This document shows, piece after piece, positions 7,706 through 13,837 of a stretch of DNA of 13,837 nucleotides (its first letter is position 1; each line of letters begins with the position of its first letter). The DNA is from Planctomycetota bacterium. Its GTDB lineage: Bacteria; Planctomycetota; PLA2; JAEUHO01. The stretch lies in contig JBFWRP010000048.1 in NCBI GenBank assembly GCA_050248855.1, positions 1 to 13,837 of the forward strand, written 5' to 3'. Under the pieces are notes generated by a model that was given only the letters and a program-made list of their open reading frames with translations, was not told the origin of the DNA and did not search any database. Both the position numbers and the translations under genes were made by a program.

Positions 7706-8005
7706 TCAGTCTGCTTCGCTCTGGCCTTCATTCATGAAGTGCTTGTAGGCGGCGTCCTCCCCGCCCGGCCGCGGGAGGCCGTGGCTCTGGCTGACACCGC
7801 GCGCGCTGCAGTCGGGTCGCGACCGTCGATGGAGTTCAAGGACACGAGGGGCTAGGCCATCCCTGATCTCTACGGTGCGCATCTGCTCCTCCCTCGATCC
7901 AAGGGACGTGTCTACGTTGTAGATTGTTGCGAGCCACGCCCTGCAGGTAGCACACTGCAGACCGAAGTGGGATACCGTAACAGCGTCATCATCTCGCCAA
8001 GGCAT
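7706..8005 (-). CDS. Hypothetical protein, 99 aa, possible Zn-binding (CxxC plus HxxxxxxC)
   Basis: RBS AAGGAG upstream of ATG 8005; 21 nt after the DUF2130 stop; CATC and HRRSRPDC motifs; lower GC (7861-7920 counted 35/60). Confidence 0.6.
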   Translation of the reverse strand: MPWRDDDAVTVSHFGLQCATCRAWLATIYNVDTSLGSREEQMRTVEIRDGLAPRVLELHRRSRPDCSARGVSQSHGLPRPGGEDAAYKHFMNEGQSEAD

Positions 8006-8026
8006 CGGAGGGCTCCTTCCCCTGGC

Positions 8027-9310
8027 TCAGAAGGGGATGTCCACGCCGTGCGCAGACAGTTGCAGCGGCGCGTCATCGCACTTCTCGCTCTCCCCGCTCG
8101 GCAACTCAAGGGCCTCGATCTCGGGGAGCGTCGAGCCAGCGATTCCCTGCAAGTCTCCGTACATGCCGGTCGTGCCGAGCAACGCCCGCTCGATCTGCTG
8201 CTCGCGCTTCGCCCAGGCTGACTGGATCGCGCGCTTCTCCTTGTCGAGATCCGACTTCATCGTGGAGAACGCCTCGACGATGGAGTCGACGCGCTGGCGG
8301 AAGCGAGGGCTGCACAGGTACTCGTAGAGCAGGCCCATCTTTGTTTCCTGGCCCGTGCTGGCTGCCCGTGCAGAGGCGGCCTCCATGAGTGCAAACCGCA
8401 GCGCCTGCGCCAATGGCAGCGCCGAGGCCAGATCTGAAACCCAGATGCCATCGAGCGGGCCAAAGCGCGTGACACCCTTGGGCAGGACGGAGGTCACGAG
8501 AATCGCGATGTCTGCCTTGGCTTCGCGCTGATCATCCCTGAGCTTGGGCAGCCAACCATCGATCCAGTTCTTCGTTCGCTTCGACTCCCAGAGGATGGTT
8601 CCAGCGGTCGCCCCTGAAGATGCAGCTACCCGCTGCAAACAGTCTGCACCCTTCACGCCCTTGGCGACCGAATCGATGTTGTCGAGCGGGAACGCTGCCT
8701 GAAGCGTTGACTCGAGGTCCAACTCCTGCACCTCGCCCTGCGCCTGCTGCGACCCCTGATCGACCTTCCGCCGCAACTCATCGATCTGCTTCCGCAGCCC
8801 GTTGATGAGATCGTCCTTCTCGGCTGCCTTAAGCCGGAAGTGATCTTCGGACGCAGCCTGCGCCTGCTCGCGGATAGCCTTCCGCTCCGCATCGATTTGC
8901 CGCTGCTTCTCCAGGTCCCAGGACTCCTTCTCCTCCTCAAAGGCGCGCACGGCGCTGCGCAGCGTCAATTCTTCTTCCTGTGCCTTCTTCAGCGCCGTGG
9001 CCTTGCTCTCCACCTGCGCCTTGAGGTCCTGCACTTGAACTGCGACGCCGGCCGAAGCCTCCTCGCGTGCTTCTGCCTGGAGGCGTTCCCGCTCCTCGTC
9101 AACTCTCTGGGTGACCAGTTCCTCAACGGATGCCTTGGAGCGCCGAACCTCGGCCTCGCGCTGTGCGACGACCTGCTCCCGGCGCTCGATCTCAGCGACG
9201 GCGTCTCGGCGAGCGGCCTCGATGAGGGGAGCTGCCAGCGTCTCCGTCAGTGGGAAGGACTTCTTGCAGTGGGGACACTGGAGGGTGGGATCGAGGGTGG
9301 GGTCGGCCAT
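8027..9310 (-). CDS. DUF2130-like protein, 427 aa: N-terminal CxxC, long coiled coil, PD-(D/E)XK-like domain
   Basis: CPHC..SFPLTETLAAP start; E/K/R/Q-rich coiled coil; SQQAQGEVQEL, KGADC, ILWESKRTKNW...WLPKLRDDQR, LYEYL, MYGDLQGIAG. Confidence 0.85.
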   Translation of the reverse strand: MADPTLDPTLQCPHCKKSFPLTETLAAPLIEAARRDAVAEIERREQVVAQREAEVRRSKASVEELVTQRVDEERERLQAEAREEASAGVAVQVQDLKAQVESKATALKKAQEEELTLRSAVRAFEEEKESWDLEKQRQIDAERKAIREQAQAASEDHFRLKAAEKDDLINGLRKQIDELRRKVDQGSQQAQGEVQELDLESTLQAAFPLDNIDSVAKGVKGADCLQRVAASSGATAGTILWESKRTKNWIDGWLPKLRDDQREAKADIAILVTSVLPKGVTRFGPLDGIWVSDLASALPLAQALRFALMEAASARAASTGQETKMGLLYEYLCSPRFRQRVDSIVEAFSTMKSDLDKEKRAIQSAWAKREQQIERALLGTTGMYGDLQGIAGSTLPEIEALELPSGESEKCDDAPLQLSAHGVDIPF

Positions 9311-9422
9311 GGTAGACACCACCCTAAGTTCCGGGGGGGACGCCCCGGTCGGCTCCCGCCGCCTGGGTTTCGTCGGGCGCGATCGGTGCCACCTGACAGC
9401 CCGGCAGATGGGCCTCAGCTGC

Positions 9423-9737
9423 CTACTGGACCTCCCCCTCGAACAGCACCCGCCCGTCCCGGTCGTGAAGCGTGACCCGCACGACCGCGCCCTCGGGCAG
9501 CCGCCGGTCGATCCGGATCTGCCGGGCCACACGCCAGACGAGCAAGCGATTCAGCGCCTCCTCGTGGGCATCCTCCTGGGTCGTGAAGAGCACGGGCCGT
9601 TGGTCCATCGAGAGCCCCCCGGCGAACTGGAGGCGCAACCCGGCGAGGTCCGTCTCGAAGCACACGTCGGGGAGCGTGGAGTGCGGGCCGAGGGGGTCGG
9701 TGACCACGTAGAACTTCGTCGCGGCGCCGATCCTCAC
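9423..9737 (-). CDS. Hypothetical protein, 104 aa
   Basis: MRIGAATKFYVVTDP...LFEGEVQ, globular composition; GTGA overlap with the upstream stop at 9734. Confidence 0.72.
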   Translation of the reverse strand: MRIGAATKFYVVTDPLGPHSTLPDVCFETDLAGLRLQFAGGLSMDQRPVLFTTQEDAHEEALNRLLVWRVARQIRIDRRLPEGAVVRVTLHDRDGRVLFEGEVQ

Positions 9738-10063
9738 TCGCCACCGCCGTCCGTGAGCCGCGCCGTCAGCATGCAGCCAGTCCCATCCCACGCCACGACG
9801 AGACCCTCGGCTTCGAGCGCGGCCTGGACGACCAGCGCCACCGCGGCGTCCTCGTCGTCGTCCCCTACGCCCGCGCCAGCGTCGATCGTCACATCTCTTT
9901 CAGCCGTGCCCGCCACCACGCATGCGTAGCCGGGCGCGTCGGGATCGGCGTCGAAGCCCGCGCAAATGACGCCGGTCGTGTCGTGGGCCAAGGTCGTGAG
10001 GTAGCCGCGACGACGCAGCGCCGCGAACGCGCGCTCGATCGCACTTCGCAGGCCCGGCGTCAT
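9734..10063 (-). CDS. Hypothetical protein, 109 aa, resembling DUF6891-type proteins (tentative)
   Basis: AFAALRRRGY...VVQAALEAEGLVVAWDG pattern; ATGA overlap at 10060-10063 with GGAGG-like RBS upstream. Confidence 0.65.
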   Translation of the reverse strand: MTPGLRSAIERAFAALRRRGYLTTLAHDTTGVICAGFDADPDAPGYACVVAGTAERDVTIDAGAGVGDDDEDAAVALVVQAALEAEGLVVAWDGTGCMLTARLTDGGGE

Positions 10064-10302
10064 GCGGCACCGCCCTTCGCGAGCGGCGCCCAGACGGTGC
10101 GCTGCGCGTGTGCCTGGGAGGGAGCGCGCATCGCGCGCGCCACCCTCCGGCGGAACACGTAGGTCGCGACCGCGTCGCGGTACGCCACCTCTTGGATCGG
10201 GGTCCGGTTCGGGATCGCCTGCAGCCTGCGGGCCGAGCGGAGGTTGCCTTCGGCGACCTCGCGCTCGACCCGACTCTGCATCGTCTCGGGGTGGCGCGTC
10301 AT
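10060..10302 (-). CDS. Hypothetical basic helical protein, 80 aa
   Basis: MTRHPETMQSRVEREVAEGNL...KGGAA; ATGA overlaps at both ends. Confidence 0.6.
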   Translation of the reverse strand: MTRHPETMQSRVEREVAEGNLRSARRLQAIPNRTPIQEVAYRDAVATYVFRRRVARAMRAPSQAHAQRTVWAPLAKGGAA

Positions 10303-10520
10303 CGCGCACCGCCCGCGGGCACGGCCCGCTCGACGTTCGCGTACGCGGGCCCGTTGCCCTCGGGGTCGGCCTGGAGGTCGATCCACCACTCCGATCCGTC
10401 GGGCATGCGGACCAGCACCGCGGGGAAACCCGCGTCGCCGAGCGTCGCGCCGAGGATCTTCCCCCCGGCGAGGGCGTTGATGCGCTCGACCGTCCCGCCC
10501 GCCTCGTCGGCGCGACTCAC
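10299..10520 (-). CDS. Hypothetical protein, 73 aa, with DPEGNGP motif
   Basis: MSRADEAGGTVERINALAGGKILG...WWIDLQADPEGNGPAY; GTGA overlap with the DUF2924-like stop. Confidence 0.65.
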   Translation of the reverse strand: MSRADEAGGTVERINALAGGKILGATLGDAGFPAVLVRMPDGSEWWIDLQADPEGNGPAYANVERAVPAGGAR

Positions 10521-10912
10521 TTGGCACCGCCGTTCTGGGCAGCCGGCGCCTTGGCGCGCGTCTGGATCCCGAAGAACAGGAACCCGTTCCAGCTCGTGCC
10601 CGAGACCTCCTTGGCGATCGCCGAGAGCGAGCGCCATGTCTTCCCGTCGTAGAGGAACCCCGCGTCGAGGACCTGGACCTTGATCTCCTTGCCCTGGAAC
10701 GTGCGGGTGAGGACGCCGCCCGGCCGGGGGAGGCGCGGGTCCCGCTCGCGCGGGGGCGTCGCCGCCCTGGCCGGGGCGTCGGGGGTCGCGGTCTTCGGCT
10801 TCGCCGGGGCCTTCGCCTTGGGGGAGGCCTTCGCCCGCTTCGGGCTACGCTTCGCCGCCTTCTTTCGGGCCGCCTTCTTGCGAGCGGGCTTCTTCGTGGT
10901 CTTGGTCGCCAT
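10517..10912 (-). CDS. DUF2924-like protein with Lys/Ala/Pro-rich histone-H1-like N-terminus, 131 aa
   Basis: RDPRLPRPGGVLTRTFQG...GFLYDGKTWRSLSAIAKEVSGTSWNGFLFFG; RBS AAGGAG upstream of ATG 10912. Confidence 0.85.
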   Translation of the reverse strand: MATKTTKKPARKKAARKKAAKRSPKRAKASPKAKAPAKPKTATPDAPARAATPPRERDPRLPRPGGVLTRTFQGKEIKVQVLDAGFLYDGKTWRSLSAIAKEVSGTSWNGFLFFGIQTRAKAPAAQNGGAK

Positions 10913-11069
10913 GGTCAGTCTCCTTGCGGCGGGGGGACTCCCCACCGGTCGGGTCGCATCAGGGCTCTGGTCGGGGGGCACATCAAGGGCTGTCTGCCGC
11001 CCCAGGAGCCCGAGAAACAGGCCTCTCCGGGCCGCTCGCGGTCTGTAAGGCTCCCCGGACCCCGCGCCA

Positions 11070-13634
11070 TCACAGCGTCCACCTCTCCCGGCCGCCGCCG
11101 GTCGCGTCGAGATACTCGCGGCAGACCCGGCACCCGGCGGCGCTGCCCTCGGGCCTGTCGTCCCGGCCGCAGATCGGGCACCGGGGCCAGAGGAGTCCCC
11201 CGCACGCTTCCTCCCGGACGGCCTCCCGTTCGGCCGCTTCGACGGGGTCGTCGGAGGCTGCATCCGGAGCACTCGCGGGCGGGTCCCGGACGGTTGATCC
11301 GTCCGAACCGTAAAACTCCGACTGCGCGCCTTCGTGGGGGACTTTGCGCACCGATCCGCCAAAGCGTCCGGACCCGTCCGGCGAGCCCGGAGAGCCCTGT
11401 TTCTTCAGGGCGATCCCACGCCACCCGCGGGCGCTTTCGGACCCGACCTTGCTGGATCGGAGCCCGCGATCCGTGAGCTTGGCGCCGAACGCCTTCGCCG
11501 AGAGGGCCTCCTCGCCCTCGTCCTCGGCCCACGTCGTGTAGGCGGCTCGCAGCTCCCTGGACGTGACCACGAGGTCCGATCCCAGCCGGCAGCGGTCCGC
11601 GATGAACCGGCCGACGTGGTCCTCGGACTCCCGGTACTCCTCGACCGCTGCCAGCACGACCTCGGGGGGGCGCAGCCCCTCGCGCTGCCACTCGAGGCAG
11701 CCGCGGACGGCCCACGCGAGGACGCCGGGCAGTTCGTCCTTCAACTTGCGACGGAGGCTGTTGTCCCGATTGCCCTTCGAGAAGGTGATGGGCCAGGGCA
11801 CGAGCCGCACGCGCCGCCACATGGCGTGGTCGGTGCCCCGGATCCGCGGCCGGTGGTTCCCGCTCAGGATCAGCTTCCCCGTCGGCTGGTAGGTGAAGAA
11901 CTCCTGGTAGTGGAACCGGCAAGTGATCGGGTCCTCGCCCGTGAACCCCTTCACGGCGGCCTCGTCGAGCCGCACGCCCTCGTTGGGCTCGGCCGCCACG
12001 ACGAGCCGGGCGCCGCGCAGCGCGGCCAGATCGTTCGTCGCCGAGCCCTGGCGCCGCACGAGGAAGGTGTCGTAGGGCGTCACCTTCGCGTACTCGCCGA
12101 GCCCGAGCACCGCGATCACGGTGTCCGAGTAGACGCCCTTGCCGTTCTCGCCGCCCCCGTGGTGGATCGCGAAGACCTGCTCTCCCATCGTGCCCGTCAG
12201 GCAGTACCCGGCGTACCGGGCCAGGAACCCTCGCACGTCGGGATCGGGCTGGACCTGCTCGAGGAACCGCGACCACTGCGGCGCGCGGGCGTCCGGGTCG
12301 TAGGCGACGGGGACGAGCTTGGTGAGGAGATCCTCGCGCCGGTGCGGGCGCAGTTCGCCCGTGCGCAGGTCGAGCGTGCCGTTCGCGACGTTGAGCAGCC
12401 AAGGGTCGGCGTCGAGCGCGTCGGTCGTGACGACGACCTCGGGCTCCGTCTCGGCCAGCGCGAGCACCGCGCGCAGGCGCTCCGCTCCCTGGCTCTTGGC
12501 GGCCCACTTCCCGAGGGCCTCGGCGTCCTCGACGCTGCGCGCGTTGCGGGCCTCGGACCAGATCGTGCGCACGGTGGCCTTCGCGCGCCGCATGGCGGCG
12601 CCCGTCCCGTCCTCCTTCCACCGGCGGCCGTCCCACACGAGCCAGCCCAGCGCCCGCGAGTACAGGAGGTCGGCGCCGTGGTGGTTGACGAGCCGACGGG
12701 CGTTGGCGAGGTCCGTGCACAGCCCCGCGGAGTCCGCCCAAGGCGGGGAAGGCGCGTCGGGGTCGGCGCCGGGCGTACCGCCTTGGCCCGCCCGGCCCGG
12801 CGCTCTCGCAGGCACATCCTGTTCGAGGAGATGGCCTCGCCGCGTCGCCTTCTTGTCCGCGTCCTTGATCTTGTGGCGCAGATCCTTCTCGGACCACGGC
12901 GGCTCGCACCCCGCGTTCCACTCCGACAGGAGCGCGTAGGCCGTCTCGGTGTCGAGGTCGAATCCCTCGACGATCGAGCACGCCGCCTTGAACGTCTGGT
13001 CGTGGCCGTGCTGGCCGCTGACCGCCGGCGGGACCTTCGCGAGGTAGGCCCGGGCCCTTGCGACCTTGTTCTCGTCGGCGACGTGCGGCGCGGCGCGCGG
13101 CGCGGCCGGCGCGGGCCCCGGCGAGGGCTCGCGGATCCTCGCGAGCAGCTCAGCAGGCAGCGGGGGAAGGGGCAGCGCGTCCGTGCCCTCGCGCCACTCG
13201 TACGGGCGCTTCGTGTCCGGGTGCGTGGATCCGACGAACACGACCTGGCCGCCGTCGCTCTTGACCTCGACGCCGGGAGCGAGCCGGTCCTTGGACTGCG
13301 GCACGGGGGCACCGTCGTCCGGGTAGGCGAAGTAGATGTGGAGCCCGCCGGAGCCCGTGACGACGACCGGCCCGGGCGGGAGGTCCTCGGGCGGCGTCCC
13401 GCCGCGCTGCGGATCGATGTCGAGCACGACGACGCCGGAGACGCGACCGCAGCGTAGCCCCACGTTCCCCGACTCGGCCCAGCGCCGGACGGTCTCGGCG
13501 GTCGGGGGCGGGGCCGAGTTCCAGCCCTTCGTGGTGGGTGCCTTGCCGTTGAGCGGCGTCAGCGCCCACCCGCGCGCGTGGGCGTCGAGGGCGTGGGCGA
13601 CGCGGGCGGCGACGGTCGTGTCCTCGTGCTCCAT
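11070..13634 (-). CDS. Bifunctional primase-polymerase fused to a P4/D5-family SF3 helicase, 854 aa
   Basis: Prim-Pol motifs NVGLRCG, VVLDID, TGSGGLHIYF; PriCT-like CEPPWSEKDL; D5_N WLVWDGRRW and LLNVANGTLDL; Walker A GGGENGKG; ARLVVAAE, LSGNHRP, AMWRR; RBS GGAGG upstream of ATG 13634. Confidence 0.93.
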   Translation of the reverse strand: MEHEDTTVAARVAHALDAHARGWALTPLNGKAPTTKGWNSAPPPTAETVRRWAESGNVGLRCGRVSGVVVLDIDPQRGGTPPEDLPPGPVVVTGSGGLHIYFAYPDDGAPVPQSKDRLAPGVEVKSDGGQVVFVGSTHPDTKRPYEWREGTDALPLPPLPAELLARIREPSPGPAPAAPRAAPHVADENKVARARAYLAKVPPAVSGQHGHDQTFKAACSIVEGFDLDTETAYALLSEWNAGCEPPWSEKDLRHKIKDADKKATRRGHLLEQDVPARAPGRAGQGGTPGADPDAPSPPWADSAGLCTDLANARRLVNHHGADLLYSRALGWLVWDGRRWKEDGTGAAMRRAKATVRTIWSEARNARSVEDAEALGKWAAKSQGAERLRAVLALAETEPEVVVTTDALDADPWLLNVANGTLDLRTGELRPHRREDLLTKLVPVAYDPDARAPQWSRFLEQVQPDPDVRGFLARYAGYCLTGTMGEQVFAIHHGGGENGKGVYSDTVIAVLGLGEYAKVTPYDTFLVRRQGSATNDLAALRGARLVVAAEPNEGVRLDEAAVKGFTGEDPITCRFHYQEFFTYQPTGKLILSGNHRPRIRGTDHAMWRRVRLVPWPITFSKGNRDNSLRRKLKDELPGVLAWAVRGCLEWQREGLRPPEVVLAAVEEYRESEDHVGRFIADRCRLGSDLVVTSRELRAAYTTWAEDEGEEALSAKAFGAKLTDRGLRSSKVGSESARGWRGIALKKQGSPGSPDGSGRFGGSVRKVPHEGAQSEFYGSDGSTVRDPPASAPDAASDDPVEAAEREAVREEACGGLLWPRCPICGRDDRPEGSAAGCRVCREYLDATGGGRERWTL
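11213..11380. repeat. Iteron-like CGTCCG/CGGACG repeats within the 3' part of the primase-helicase gene
   Basis: CGGACG at 11215 and 11287; CGTCCG at 11300, 11365 and 11375; perfect inverted repeat CGGACGG-TTGAT-CCGTCCG at 11287-11305. Confidence 0.45.
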
Positions 13635-13638
13635 GCGT

Positions 13639-13836
13639 TCACCGCCTCCCCGCTGCAGCCTTGAGCCACGGCTCCCAGCGCAGGGCGCGTGTGGGGTGCC
13701 ACCGGCCGCGTTCGTCCTTGCGGAACCACGGGTGCCTGCCACCCAGGGCCGCGTTGCGTGCCCCAAGGAGCCCAGCGATGCAGCGACGCGCGTCCGCCGA
13801 TGCGCCGAGGCCTCGTGCGATCTCTTCACCCGTCAG
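13639..13836 (-). CDS. 3' part of an upstream gene (start outside window), winged-HTH-like; absent from the ORF track
   Basis: Hand translation LTGEEIARGLGASADARRCIAGLLGARNAALGGRHPWFRKDERGRWHPTRALRWEPWLKAAAGRR*; stops 4 nt before the primase ATG. Confidence 0.6.
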   Translation of the reverse strand: MTGEEIARGLGASADARRCIAGLLGARNAALGGRHPWFRKDERGRWHPTRALRWEPWLKAAAGRR

Positions 13837-13837
13837 C

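Larger units (their letters stand above)
1..13837 (-). mobile_element. Prophage / phage-like element (replication, accessory, packaging and head modules); both ends lie outside the window
   Basis: Co-oriented primase-helicase, HNH, DNA methylase, terS, terL, portal and head protease in canonical HK97-like order; no integrase or att site visible in the window. Confidence 0.93.

Noticed and set aside
7676..7712. attC-like appearance after the CxxC ORF stop
   Set aside because: No RYYYAAC / GTTRRRY core pair and no integron integrase
5018..9310. Methylase plus HNH or DUF2130 as a restriction-modification system
   Set aside because: The HNH has packaging-type features and position, and DUF2130 is separated from the methylase by several genes, a promoter and a composition shift
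9340..9420. Hammerhead-ribozyme-like words CTGAGG...CGAAAC on the minus strand
   Set aside because: Core reads CUGAGGC rather than CUGANGA and the required stems could not be built
10915..11070. 51-codon ORF starting at a TGATG overlap with the primase stop
   Set aside because: Composition is not protein-like and the region is better explained as regulatory; not fully excluded
47..11326. 12-bp direct repeat ACTCCGACTGCG at 47-58 and 11315-11326 as possible att sites
   Set aside because: 12-bp matches are expected by chance in a GC-rich 14-kb window, and one copy lies inside the primase gene
654..13457. Long plus-strand ORFs (e.g. 654-2486, 3061-4563, 5282-7207, 11334-13457)
   Set aside because: Antisense shadows of well-supported minus-strand genes in high-GC DNA; Arg/Gly/Ala-rich with no motifs
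13635..13829. N-terminal extension of the primase to 919 aa
   Set aside because: A good RBS precedes ATG 13634, and another frame encodes a more protein-like upstream gene ending at 13639
1..13837. CRISPR array, tRNA, rRNA, IS element or reverse-transcriptase system
   Set aside because: No regularly spaced repeats, cloverleaf, transposase or RT motifs were seen

Overview
High-GC prophage or phage-like element with all credible genes on the minus strand. In transcription order (right to left): the 3' end of a winged-HTH-like gene; a fused Prim-Pol/D5-type SF3 primase-helicase; a DUF2924-like protein with a histone-H1-like tail followed by four small coupled ORFs; a lower-GC two-gene insert (DUF2130-like coiled-coil/nuclease-fold protein plus a CxxC ORF); a sigma70-like promoter; an HK97 gp74-like HNH endonuclease with a candidate cos region; two tandem Phd/YefM-like genes with no recognisable toxin; a small ORF overlapping a palindrome cluster; a ParB-fused beta-class DNA methyltransferase; terS; terL; a small membrane protein; an HK97-family portal; an S49 head-maturation protease; and a promoter reading out of the left edge toward the expected capsid gene. 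Many start codons were moved from the ORF track to the (A/G)TGA stop-start overlaps. Family assignments come from motif recognition by eye, not database searches. The most unusual parts are the orphan antitoxin pair plus methylase inside the packaging operon, the DUF2130 insert and the H1-tailed DUF2924 protein.
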